Assembly: GCA_010909165.1 (NCBI GenBank)
Contig: VJWM01000044.1
Span: forward strand, 992,001-1,056,000
Reading direction: 5' to 3'
Source: Anthoceros angustus
Lineage: Eukaryota > Plantae > Anthocerotophyta
DNA: 64,000 bases
Shown: piece by piece, positions 40,612 to 52,252 of the stretch
Layout of the letters: the number at the start of each line of letters is the position of its first letter
How positions within the stretch are numbered: position 1 is the stretch's first letter
Position numbers and translations under genes: made by a program
Notes under the pieces: model-generated
Databases searched by the model: none
What the model saw: the letters and a program-made list of their open reading frames with translations, nothing else
Told to the model about the DNA's origin: nothing

Positions 40612-41629
40612 ATGGCAGCCATGGCCGCGGCCTGCTCCTTAGCCCCCGCCGCCTCTCCCTGTTGCCCCTCACTTGGAGCGCTTCCGGCCAAAAGGCTGGC
40701 CAGATTTCGAGCTGCGGGGCCCGGGAAGGCGGGCATCCGAGGATCCGGTTGGTAGCTCTCGCTGTCTGCCTCCGCAATCCACACGTTGCTTGGCTGTTGC
40801 ATTGTTGTTGACGAAGGTGGCGTGGCATGTGCACCAGAGCTGTTGAGGATTGTTTTCCTCCCCGCTGTCCGAGCCGCGTCGTCTGAAGAATCCGCGGGCT
40901 CTGATTTCTCCAAGACGGCGGAGGACTTCCTCGCCGATGTCAAATCGAAGGTGTGAGTGAAAACCAGCCACCGACGATCGTGGATGCCGATGTGCATTTG
41001 AAATTGGAGGCTCCCCGGGGCCGTCCGTCATTTGCTATGGTCTAGGGTGGAGTAGCTTTTTGCAAGGTGCTGAGGCGCGTCCCTCAGAGTCTTGCTTCTA
41101 CATGTCCGGGAAGATGCCGGTCTTGATGGCTTGCATTGCTGGCTTTTGCTTCAGTGGGAGAGTGTGGACAACAAGTCCGCGGTGGCATTGTACGGCGGAG
41201 GTGCCTTGGTTGGCCTCTGGTTGTCGTCCACCATCGTAGGAGCCATCAACTCTGTGCCCTTGGTGAGGCTTTCTTGTCCAGGCCAATGTCAGTGACGGTG
41301 TCTGCTCCTGGACTGCTGCCTCTCTTCACATTTTCCAGTACATCACTCTTGGTGCTTCTCCGCAGCTTCCTAAAGTTATGGAGCTCATCGGTCTCGGCTA
41401 CACTGGCTGGTTCGTGTACCGGTATCTGCTCTTCAAGGTACGGTTCCACATGCCTTGCTTGCCACTGGTCCTTTTTTTCTCTTGCGTGACCTGTGCCACA
41501 TGCAGTAGTGGAATTGCGTGAGGTTACAATTGCGGGGCCCCGTGTTTTTTGCAGTCGAGTCGAAAGGAGTTGGTTGCAGACATCGAGGAGCTGAAAGGGA
41601 AGATTACAGGTGCCAATCCTGAAGAGTGA
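40612..41629 (+). CDS. CURT1A: CURVATURE THYLAKOID 1A (CAAD domain)
   Basis: A transit-peptide-like exon from ATG 40612, then exons about 40848-40950 (VRAASSEES...DVKSK), 41155-41262 (WESVDNKSAVALYGGGA...AINSVPL), 41367-41437 (LPKVMELIGLGYTGWFVYRYLLFK) and 41555-41629 (SSRKELVADIEELKGKI). Confidence 0.93.
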
Positions 41630-42468
41630 CCCGCTTTCTGAAGATCAGGATGGTCCTGTTGGCTCCTGATCCTGTATTCTGTTAGGGTTCAGATTTAAGT
41701 TATCATGGGCCGCTCATCCTGGCCCTGACTGTGAAGTCCGGGACTGCGAAATCACTGTTTCCCCTGACCTACGGAGTGTATTGTAGCCATCAGCAACGTC
41801 CGTCTTCATGGCCTCTCTTTGTCGAGCGGACTGCCAACCTAAGATGAGAGCTGTGAGATTGATTGCCAGAGGGTTTGGATTTTTGACCTAGCTTGAGCGC
41901 TAGATTCCCTGGATGCTGTGCTTGTACAGGCTCATAGACTCTTTGGCCCCTGCAGATCCTGGGGAACGAATGAGAGTAAACCATTGGGGGGCCTGGGGGT
42001 CCCAAACTTTGCCACCTCCACAGGATTCATTGGTTCCCTCGTACTCACGTTGATTGAATGTTATTCTGAAGATGAGGAGGCGCAGCTTTTTGTTCGTATT
42101 ACGCCTTTGTCGAATGTTCGCGCTCAGATTAGTCGTCGTTTACAAGAAGTGGAAGAAGCTGCGGACGTTCACCGAAAGGCAGGGTCTCAAAAGTCACCGA
42201 AAGAAGAAATTGCCCCGCCGCCTGTCGGGACGCAATGACACCGGATCCTCTAATTAGGCCAGTCACCTACTTGGCATGTAAGGCCTTCGTTACCTGGTTA
42301 AATGGCCAAGAGACGATCCTCAAAAGCCAGTTAGGTACTAGGTAGCAAAACAGGCTGTGTAGAGGTCCTAACAAAATAGGCCAACGAGACGCTTCCTCAG
42401 CTCCGATTTCCGATGTTCACCAATGACACTGGTGATTTTATTCTTGGGCCCTTCCACGGAGACTTTGC

Positions 42469-42552
42469 ATGGGCTGTTTTTGCGAATTTGTATGGACTGT
42501 TTTGTGAGAATTTATATGGACTGTTTTTTGAGAATTTGTATGGATTGTTTTT
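42469..42552. repeat. 24-bp tandem repeat, about 3.5 copies
   Basis: GAATTT(G/A)TATGGACTGTTTT units at 42484, 42508 and 42532. Confidence 0.85.
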
Positions 42553-43819
42553 GGTTCTCATCGTGATTAGGGGGTATTTAGTATCCTTAAGTTATAGTAT
42601 TGTTATGTATTATATATAATTTTTTTACCATGGGTATATAAATATATTTTAGAATGAAATGGTACACTTGGGCGGAGATCTTACACATCTCACTTGAAGA
42701 ACATATTCAGATTGGGAATCAATGAAGATGGTGGTTATGATGTTTCTAAATTTGTGATATCTTTCATAAACACACCAGGTGCTCTAACCAAAGATTAACT
42801 AACCTACAAATCTTGATTGGTAGCCACATTGGGGAGGATGTTCAAATTAAGTCCTCAACAAAATATTGCTTACGGAAGTAGATAAAAAGACCATAACAAG
42901 TATGACCATGTAACCTAACCAAGACCTATCTTAAAAATCTGGACTTTTAAACATATTGGGGAGGATAACAATTGAAGTCCTCCTCAAGCTTCGTTGCTAT
43001 TACTGCTGTGCACAATTCTTATTCTTATAACGAGGTTTCCTCCACGAGACTGGTTACGTGTAAAAATTAGTTATCTATGAATCTTATCCTCATAGATACA
43101 ACTTGCTCTTTTGAAAGGCACTACGTTGGGTGGACCTAGGGAGTGTATTAAAGCCATCAGCAACGTCCATAATTTTGCAACACATACAAAGGTCAACCTC
43201 CGCCACTTCTACCCTAAACCCTATACTGAACTTCTGTTTGAAAATGTCTGCATGGTGCCCATCTCAGACTGCATTGCACCACCGTGGGGCATCCCAACCT
43301 TTCTAAACAAAACTTTTGCTTCAAAGTGCTGACGAAGCTCTACAAAAAGTGAATTATGCTTCAAATGGCTGAGAAAGCTCCACAAAAACCTCCTTCTAAA
43401 GGCATAATAAGTTCAAACAAAAAGTCAGGCATGCCGTGCCTTCTTCATTGTGTACGCAATCACTATGCCTGAAGCAATGACAACCAACGAGCAGCCCAAC
43501 CCAGGATAAGCTATTTTAAAATTGTTACGGTATTAGCTACTGCTGTGGCTCATACAGATTCTCTTCCTTACCCGAATTGTTCTTGTCAGTCGATTCAAAC
43601 TCTTATGGATTGGCCAACAATCAGGCCACACTAATGTGTGTACTGAAAATGTTACGGGACACTGCTGCAAACCTTTCTTACCCTGCTCCGACTCCTAAGT
43701 ATTGGCCAAGGCCAATCTATCCTGCACAGGCTGCTAATTCGAATTTTTGTTAGCCACATAGGCATCCTGGTCGTTTTTAGCTTGCTCCACACGTACGTCA
43801 GCCAATGCATGATACATAT

Positions 43820-45352
43820 TGTCAAGACCCTCAGCTCTTGCTACTGCAATGGCTACTTTCATATATGCTCGTCAAATTTGTCTTCCATGGGAACTCCATT
43901 TTGATACTCCTCATGTTGCTCCGGCTCGTGCACTTCGGCCAATATTGCATGATAAGGATTGTCAAAATCCTAAGCTACTAGTACTACGACGGCTGCTTCC
44001 ACAGGCTCAATATTAACTTTGTCTTCCATGGGAGCACCATTTCGATACTCCTCATGTTGCTCCGGCTCGTGCACTTCGGCCAATATTGCATGATAAGGAT
44101 TGTCAAAATCCTAAGCTACTAGTACTACGACGGCTGCTTCCACAGGCTCAATATTAACTTTGTCTTCCATGGGAGCACCATTTCGATACTCCTCATGTTG
44201 CTCCAGCCCGCGCACATCAGTCAATATTGCATGATAAGGATTGTCAAGATCCTCAGCTACCAGCCCGCGCACATCAGTCAATATTGCATGATAAGGATTG
44301 TCAAGATCCTCAGCTACCACTACTGCTGTGACAAGACCATCCTTTAAGTCTTTCAATATTTCCCAATCGGTACTGTCATCAAGAGGGACAAGATGGATAC
44401 GTTGGTGCCAACCCTTGAACAAGCACAATGCACAATACATCTTGTGAATACTAACTGATAAATGTTTCCGTCTTCCCATCATGGATCAAAGGTAGTCGGA
44501 GGAATGGGTGGATCGAAGGTAGCAGGAGTAAAAGGTAGATCGAAGATAGTAGGAGTAAAAGGCAGATCCAAGGTAGCAGGAGTAAAAGGTGGATTGAAGG
44601 TAGCCAAAGAAATAGATGGATTCAAGATAGCTGGAGGAATAGATGGATCGAAGGTAGCCAAAGAAATAGTTGGATTGTAGGGAGCTGGAGGAATAGGTGG
44701 ATCGAAGGTAGCCGAAGGCTAGCTCAATAAATGAGTGCGGCTTCCACTGGTGGGGCCCACTGTCCCATACTTTGTAGCATGACCCCATAGCATGTCCATA
44801 GGCAGCGTGTCTTTACGCCCGAGTGCCACATCATCATCCTTGGGTTTATGGAATGCCACATCATCATCCATAGGGTATATGGAGTGCCACATCATCATCC
44901 ATAGGGTATATGGAGTGCCACATCATCATCCGTTGGGTATGTGCTCGTATGATCGAGAATGTACACCATAATCCGTTGGGACACCAGACGGACGGAGAAC
45001 CAGAAGCAGGTAACTGCCGCACGGCCCTCCGGGTGACAAACCCTAATCTTAATCAGTACTGCGGTTTTCATCTGTGCCGCATTGTTCCGTGCGGACTTTT
45101 GGGTAACAAACCCTAATCAGTACCGCATGGTTTTCATGACGGAGAACCAGAAGCAGGGAACTTCTGCACGGCCTTCCGAATGACAAACCCTAATCTTAAC
45201 CAGTACCACACGGTTTTCATCTGTGCTGCATGGTGCCGCGCGGCCTTCTGGGTAACAAGCCCTAATCAGTTCCGCATGGTTTTCATCTGTGCCGCATGGT
45301 TCCCGGTTGCCGCACCCTATCATGTGTGCCGCATGGTTCCTGGTTGCCGCAC
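43820..45352 (-). repeat. Cluster of tandem repeats (141, 57, 27, 30-31 and 147 bp), possible retroelement leader/gag remnant
   Basis: 141-bp units at 43881, 44022 and 44163; 57-bp units at 44204 and 44261; about 8 copies of a 27-bp unit at 44484-44716; four 30-31-bp units at 44821-44940; 147-bp units at 44992 and 45139 containing AAACCCTAAT. The minus strand has CALCLFKGWH. The repeats are certain; element identity is not. Confidence 0.75.
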
Positions 45353-46438
45353 CTCATCTAGAAGCTATCTCCGCAAGGAGAGAAAGGAGGGAATTGATTC
45401 ATTATGAATAATATTCTAGGCAAACTAATTTATCTAGCATCTCATGCGAGGCTGATCCATTTCAAGACGCTTAATAAGCGCGTTCCGATCCCAGCTGAGT
45501 TAACTACCATCAGCAGTGAACATCTTCGGTCAAATGCTATCCTTATTTATGTATAATTTATTTATTATATACTATTTAAATTAATAAACTATAGTTAATT
45601 TCCACTGAACCGTAGTCTGCTCTAGGGAAGTAGGTGAAGAGCGGTGGTGGTGGGTAAAGAGAGATGCTCTATGGTAGTAGGTAAAGAGATGAGCTGCAGA
45701 ACTTCCGCTATCGGACCCGATAAATGATCCAGTCACAGTGGTGCGCAAGTATTTGTCCTGTCGATGTCAGGCATGCCCGACATGCCTGACGTGTGGTCCA
45801 CAGTGAGCTACAAGCAACAAGCAAGCGTGTTCGATCTGGCAGTGGTTGCCTGATGAAACTCCGGTCCGCGTCCTAATGCCGGACGGAGCCGTCCCGCTCG
45901 CCAGAAGTACGCGCTTCCATGCACCGTGCTGGAGTTAGGGCCAACGGAGTCAACTTTCTCATTTCTGCCGATCTTTAGCCTGCCAACCATCACAAACATT
46001 GGCTACATCGCATTTGACATCGAATAAAATGCTGCCCTGCTTCAGGCGCCATTCCCTGCTGAGAAAGTTGCCATCCACCTGCATCTGCATTTATCTCAGA
46101 TGCTTGAACTACACCAGCAGTTCTCATCAAAACCCTCACCCAGTTTCAGCGATCCGAAGTGGGAATTACTAGGTGCCTTCATTGGCTGTGGCGTCCACAG
46201 GGTCGACGTCGACGAAGGATCGACAAGGAGAATGCATATTTAATAGCAGCTGAGCTAAGTAGTAGCTGGTCTGTCGTTTTCCCTTACCAACCTTTCATCA
46301 GGCAACCACTGCCGGATCGAACACGCGTGCTTGTTGCCTGGAGCTCACTGTGGACCACAGATCAGGCATCTCGGGCATGTATATATAATGCAAGCGTTAG
46401 GACGAACACTTGCGCAGTGTAATTCCCAGCCTGCGAAG

Positions 46439-49012
46439 ATGGAGGTGCAGACATTGCTCATTACGCTTCTCGCGTTCTCCAACCTGTGGAGCTCCTTCTA
46501 CTCATTTCAGGCTCTTGCAGAAGGGACCGCGGATGCCACAGCTCTCCTGGCATTCAAGAGCTCCGTGGGAGATCCATCAGGAGCTCTGCGGAATTGGGAG
46601 CCTGCAAGCGCCGTTTGCACATGGTCCGGAGTGGGATGCGGCAAGAGCTCCCGAGTCGTGTCGCTGGATCTGTCATTCAAGAATCTGAATGGCTCCATCC
46701 CGCCATCTCTCTTCACAGCCTTGCCCTTTCTGTCTCATGTCAACCTGTCGTCAAACCAGCTCGGCGGCCACATCCCCGGCGCGGTAGGAAACGCCACACG
46801 GCTGAAGCTGCTCGATCTCGCTTCCAATCTTCTCACAGGATCCATGCCTGCAACCCTCGGCAACCTGCGGAATTTGGAAATCCTGCGGCTATCACAAAAC
46901 GACCTGTCGGGACCGATTCCGGCAGAGCTGGGAATGTGTGACAGACTTGTGGAGTTGCAGATCGGAGGCGCTTCCGCGGGAGGAAACAATCTGAACGGCA
47001 TCAACGGGACTTTGCCCGCTTCCCTGGCCAACTGCTCGGCTCTGCAGGTTCTGAATGTCACAGCGACCCTGGTCACTGGAGCCATCCCGGCCGAGCTGCT
47101 CACGCCCCGGGCCATCACAGTACTTGTGCTGAAGATGAATAATTTGAAGGGCGGGTTGGACCCTGGTTTGGGTAATCTGACCAGCCTTCGTGTTCTGGAC
47201 TTGTCCTACAATGATCTGGACGGTCCTGTTCCTTCGGAGCTGGGATTGTTGGAGAATTTGGTGGAACTGCGGCTGGGAGCTAAGTCGTTCACGTTTGCCT
47301 TTCCCAACGGGCAACCGATCAACGAGAAGAGTCGCATCGCCGGTTACATTCCCCCAGCCTTAGGTCGGTTGCAAGGTTTGCAAGTGTTGTCCTTGAGCGA
47401 CACCGGGTTACAGGGTAGTATTCCTGTCTCTATAGCAAATCTGACCTCCTTAGGAATTCTCCTTCTTCGTAACAACAATCTCACTGGCGACATTCCACCT
47501 GGCCTTCCTACCTCCTTGACGAAGCTCGATCTTTCTCAAAACAAGCTCCACGGTCTGATACCTGCACAGCTGGGGAATCTGTCGCATCTGGTATCGTTGG
47601 ATTTAAGCTTTAACAATCTTTTCGGTCCTTTGCCGTCTGAAGTTGCACGGTACAGACAGTTGCAGGGATTGGTTTTGGGAGGTGCAGCAGATCAAGTCAG
47701 CAAGGCCGACATCAATGGATCCCTTCCTGAGGGGTTGGCGTTACTTCCTCTGCAGTATATTGCAATATATGCCGGAAGAATGGATGGTAATCTGCTGCCT
47801 TTGATTAATTGTACTGCAATGTGGTCTGTTCTCATAACAGAGAACGAACTTCGCGGCCCCATTCCTCCAGAATTTGCAAACTTCACAGATTTAAAGTATT
47901 TGGCTGTGGCTAGCAATGCGTTGGAAGGGTCTCTATCTGAGGTTGGATGGCAAGCATTTCGCGGTATGCTATATTTGGATCTACAAAGAAACAACTTTGC
48001 AGGTGTGATTCCAGAAAGTATGAGCCATATGGAGAAATTGCAAGGGATCAATTTGTCCAAAAATAATTTCTATGGAAGCATTCCTCTCTCCATGAGAAAC
48101 CTATCGCAATTGGAATGGCTAGTAATTTCTGATAACGCTTTCGATGGAGATATATCAACCTTTTTTGATAGCGTGCATCCTGAAGATGGGCAGAGCAGCA
48201 ACATAAAGGCTTTGGTTGGATCACGAAATCGATTTAGTGGACAACTTCCCAAGTCCCTCAGCGTATTCACTAACCTGCAAATTTTGGTACTATCAGGCAA
48301 CAATTTAGAGGGTTTTATTCCATCAAGTATTGTGGATCTCTCTAGTTTTCGGATGGAGAACGTAAGTGATGATAATATTCTGAGAGGTGAATATGCAGTT
48401 TTAAACCTTGATATTAATAGCGGGCCCCGAAATTATTACTCATTTTCACTTGCTGTTACTGTTTTAGACCTGTCCGACAACATGTTTATGGGAAATATAC
48501 CAGAAAATATAGGTGAAATGCTGGGTCTTCACTTTTTGAATTTGTCTTTTAATTACTTGGGTGGTTCAATTCCACGTTCTCTTAGTGATATAACTAACAT
48601 CATAGAACTAGATTTGTCTTTTAACAATCTAACCGGTAACATTCCAATGGAGCTAGGAAAACTCACAAAACTAGCAACCTTCAATTTGTCATATAATAAC
48701 CTAACGGGACCGATTCCTAGTGCATCACAAATCTCTACATTTCCATTTGCTTTTCTTGGAAATCCAGGTCTTTGTGGAGCACCACTCCCTCGAGATTGCT
48801 CAATTATATCTTCCCAATCAAATTCTTCGGAAACAAAGGTCAAGGTATCTCAAGAGGAACTTATGTCATACGAAGCACTTGGTATCGGTTTTATCGTTGC
48901 TTTTACAACATGTTTATACTATTTTGTATTTACAAAATATGGATGGAACTATGTTGCACAAGAAAAAGTAACATACTTTCGTACATATGGTTTATATCGC
49001 GATAGAGAGTAA
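46439..49012 (+). CDS. Leucine-rich-repeat receptor-like protein (RLP; no kinase), intronless
   Basis: Signal peptide MEVQTLLITLLAFS, LRRNT cap ALLAFKSSVGDPSGALRNW...CTWSGVGC, many plant LxxLxLxxNxLxGxIP repeats, island region, C-cap FLGNPGLCGAPL, TM ALGIGFIVAFTTCLYYFVF and a short tail. TATA-like TATATATAA at about 46380. Confidence 0.93.
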   Translation: MEVQTLLITLLAFSNLWSSFYSFQALAEGTADATALLAFKSSVGDPSGALRNWEPASAVCTWSGVGCGKSSRVVSLDLSFKNLNGSIPPSLFTALPFLSHVNLSSNQLGGHIPGAVGNATRLKLLDLASNLLTGSMPATLGNLRNLEILRLSQNDLSGPIPAELGMCDRLVELQIGGASAGGNNLNGINGTLPASLANCSALQVLNVTATLVTGAIPAELLTPRAITVLVLKMNNLKGGLDPGLGNLTSLRVLDLSYNDLDGPVPSELGLLENLVELRLGAKSFTFAFPNGQPINEKSRIAGYIPPALGRLQGLQVLSLSDTGLQGSIPVSIANLTSLGILLLRNNNLTGDIPPGLPTSLTKLDLSQNKLHGLIPAQLGNLSHLVSLDLSFNNLFGPLPSEVARYRQLQGLVLGGAADQVSKADINGSLPEGLALLPLQYIAIYAGRMDGNLLPLINCTAMWSVLITENELRGPIPPEFANFTDLKYLAVASNALEGSLSEVGWQAFRGMLYLDLQRNNFAGVIPESMSHMEKLQGINLSKNNFYGSIPLSMRNLSQLEWLVISDNAFDGDISTFFDSVHPEDGQSSNIKALVGSRNRFSGQLPKSLSVFTNLQILVLSGNNLEGFIPSSIVDLSSFRMENVSDDNILRGEYAVLNLDINSGPRNYYSFSLAVTVLDLSDNMFMGNIPENIGEMLGLHFLNLSFNYLGGSIPRSLSDITNIIELDLSFNNLTGNIPMELGKLTKLATFNLSYNNLTGPIPSASQISTFPFAFLGNPGLCGAPLPRDCSIISSQSNSSETKVKVSQEELMSYEALGIGFIVAFTTCLYYFVFTKYGWNYVAQEKVTYFRTYGLYRDRE

Positions 49013-49086
49013 AGAGTTTTTGTACCTTAAGCTAAAATCATACATAAATAAATATTCAATAATTTATTAAATTATTTATTGATGTA

Positions 49087-49128
49087 TAATATATAATATA
49101 TAATATATAATATATAATATATAATATA
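49087..49128. repeat. AT-rich (TATATAA)n microsatellite
   Basis: Tandem ataatat-type 7-bp units just downstream of the RLP stop codon. Confidence 0.85.
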
Positions 49129-49492
49129 GATTTTGTACCTAAAAAAATTTAAGTGAATGTGCACGGGCACTAGAGATCTTTCAAAAAGGAATGCTCTAAA
49201 AAAGTCTAGCTTCATTCATTGGTCGGGCTTATGCAACGTAGGAAATTCTCATCGTCGTGATGGAATGTCCCCTAGCTAACATAAGTCGTGGTCCTATTAA
49301 GGTTGCTCCTGCCAACACATGAAGAAGGAAGAAGAAGAAGAAAAAAATTCTTCCTTGTCTCCTTCTTAAGACCATTTACTCACACATGAACATTTGACAC
49401 ATCAAGCTTTACTCAGAAGTGGCGAAACGAGCTACAGGAAGGGCACATGGTCATACATATATGATGTGAAGGAACTGCGAGGATTGTCCTAG

Positions 49493-49660
49493 CCATGGAA
49501 CATGGCAGCCCACCCATGGGACATGGCAACCCGACTGCCGGGATTGTCCCACCCATGAACATGGCAGCCCGACTGTCGGGGCTGTCCCAGCCATGGGACA
49601 TGGCAGCCCGACTGCCGGGGCTGTCCCAGCCATGGGACATGGCAGCCCAATTGCAGGGGC
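49493..49660. repeat. 39-bp tandem repeat, about 4 copies
   Basis: CCAGCCATGGGACATGGCAGCCCGACTGCCGGGGCTGTC-like units; they translate as 13-aa repeats on either strand. Confidence 0.85.
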
Positions 49661-49865
49661 TATTCCTCCTGTCCCTTTGTTGCCAGGGTGTGGGCTCAAG
49701 AATACCAAGGGTACGTTCGTAAATTATTGGCGATATTTGTGAAGCTCACCCCCCATGGCCTTTCACCAAAATCACCAAGACTTTGGCCATCCGTTGTGAG
49801 CAGTTCAGTCCCATGATATTTTATAGCTTGCTACCCGCATCCTGGATAGCAGTTAACTGTACGGA

Positions 49866-49974
49866 GTAATAATGTTGAGGAGAGAGGTTGCTAACTTGAT
49901 CGCATGGCCTAATGGCCCAAGTAATAATGTTGAGGAGAGAGGTTGCTAACTTGATCGCATGGCCTAATGGCCCA
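49866..49974. repeat. Exact 55-bp tandem duplication
   Basis: GTAATAATGTTGAGGAGAGAGGTTGCTAACTTGATCGCATGGCCTAATGGCCCA starts at 49866 and again at 49921. Confidence 0.95.
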
Positions 49975-50699
49975 GTTGAACTTGATGGCTTCTTTCGCCT
50001 CTCTTGTCTCCTTTACCACCTCCTCCTCCTTGACATTGTTAACCCTTGCCCCCTACTATCTCCTTGCCTACAAGTCTTTCCGTTCCCTTTGGCTCAATAC
50101 TGATTCCTAAGCTTCTTTATCTTGGCTCTCCTAGGCAGCTGCTTGGCTTAAACGGCTTGACTTTGCACCCCTTAGCCGGCTCAGCCAACTCCCCATTCCC
50201 TCCTCCCCCTTTCTCATCTCCCTCCCAACCAACTCATCCGACAGGACCTTAAGATACCTTCGTCTCACTTGGTTCCCCCTCTCATTTGCCCCTCCCCTAA
50301 CGCCCAAACTCCATATCTACAAGAAGGAGTTCCGTATTAATCTCCCCCCTCTGGATTCCCTGCCCTTCAGCCCATCTCCGCCTGATGTATTGAGTCTGAG
50401 TGGTAAGTGCTCGAGTCGATATATTGAGTTACTCGTTACCACGCTGCTTGTACCAACCTTTTTACTTTGAAGCAAATTTGAAATAAAAATTGGCTGGTTA
50501 GGACTCGGAGTCAAATTAGAGTACATATCATGGTCGCATGGCCTGATGGGCTGTTTGTGTGGCCGGGATAAAATATTCCAGCAGGATGCATGGTTTCACC
50601 TGTGCTCCTGGCCGAGCAAAAAAAGGCTGATGCTGAAAATTATGTGTTTCCACGGTTCTTGCCCAAATGGCATCTGAGTCAGCTTGAACAAGTGGCACA

Positions 50700-51525
50700 G
50701 GCATGTTGCCTACCCCAGGTATCACATCGGCAGGACCATTCTCAAGGGGTTTACTGGCCCCATCTACAAATGCCCGAACTCCACCAGAGGCGTAATCCTC
50801 ATGAGCTACATGTCCCTTTTGACCTGATCCATACTTGCCTGCCTGAGCCACCTCTCCAGGTTTGTGACGACACCAAAACTTAGTGGTCCGGTCTTGACTT
50901 CCGGAGCAAAAATATGTCCCAAAGGATGCCAGGCTAAATCCCACACACTCCCCTCATGAGCACTTGCAACCTCTGCCTGAGGAGTCTCATACCCCACGAG
51001 CCAAAACAGAATACTCCCATCATAACCGCCACTAACAAACAGCTCCTCATGAAACGGATGCCAAGCCGGAGCCGTCACATCCCCCTTCAGCCCATGGTAC
51101 AATTCCATCTCCTTCAACGTCCTTATATCAAACAACTTGATAGCCTCGTCCTTAGACCCCGTCAGCACCCAATTCCCGTCGTTGTTCCACTTCACCTTCA
51201 ATACAGCGGCCTTGTGTGCCTCTTATAGTATGCAAATCCTTCCCCGTCCTAGCATCTCAGAGCTTCACGAGCGCATCCTTCCCACCTGAAACAATCAGCG
51301 ACTTCTGAGGATGCCAAACACAGCATTCACATCCCAGTCCTCCTCGTCACACCTCGCAAAATCCCAAATCTTAATCACACTGTCGTGCGAGCAGGAGCAG
51401 AACTTTAGGTCAGTGGACGAGAAGCTGAGATTTCGCACCACAGAATTCTTGAGCGGTGGGGATAAGGAGCCCGCCAGCAAGATAAGGCCGCTTCCAATTA
51501 TTGGTCGCTGCCATATTTCCTGACG
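50700..51525 (-). pseudogene. FY: Processed pseudogene of FY/WDR33 (Pfs2) polyadenylation factor
   Basis: Intronless WD40 fragments: [44 protein letters not shown] (TGA where Trp is expected), [49 protein letters not shown] and [14 protein letters not shown]. Several frameshifts. Confidence 0.85.
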
Positions 51526-52252
51526 CTCGGCCTTCTGATCCCGTGGAAGGAACTTCCTTTGCCTTCTACAGCAATCTCACGATTGCCTTGCAGCAAGCTT
51601 CCGTCTTCACACAACGCGTCTTATCCTCATCTTCCTTCGAAGCCCGTCTGCACAGAGGACTTTGTTCATCCTCCCAAGCGCCCTCGAACGGATGACCCGC
51701 TGTTAATATGCACCACTCTAAAGTTATGTCTGCTCTCGTTTAACAAAAGATATGTAAGAGGTGCTGGCAGATCCGGTGCTAATACGGGCTATATAGTTAG
51801 TAGTTCTCCCGGGAGCGGTGCCTCCAACATAGCCACAGAATGGCAACCGGATGCCTTGTGGAACCAACAAATTGGTGAAGGTACAGGGATTTTACAAGGA
51901 GCTCCTGCACACAGGTCACCTCACTTCTACTCTGCTTTAAGCTGTGCAAAAACTGTATTCAGTTATCTGGTCCTTCATGACCTCACTGTCAAAGTTGGGA
52001 GTGAAGGCGAGTCGTTACGTCTTTCAAGCTGCCCTTCAAGCTTGTGCGTATCACATGCGTCTCAATGCCAGACAGACATACATCCCATGTCTTCGACAGG
52101 TCACAGTTACAGGCACATTCAGGAGGATCAGGTTGATCACGGTTGATGGGATGCGACATCTGAGCGGAACTGTATATTATTAATAAACAGGGCGGTGTTT
52201 CTCGTCGGGAGGCAAGCCAGCGAATACTCTCGTATCCAAAATTGCTCTATTT

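Noticed and set aside
40835-40870. Frameshift in CURT1A exon 2
   Set aside because: The CAG acceptor at about 40837 gives a stop, but the AG at 40846-40847 keeps the frame (GLFSSPAVRAASS), so no error need be assumed.
41918-42238. 106-aa ORF with protein-like composition
   Set aside because: TG-type alternative start, no recognisable family and no supporting splice structure.
49013-49400. Downstream kinase exon making the RLP an RLK
   Set aside because: The ORF stops shortly after the TM helix and the following DNA is AT-rich with no kinase motifs.
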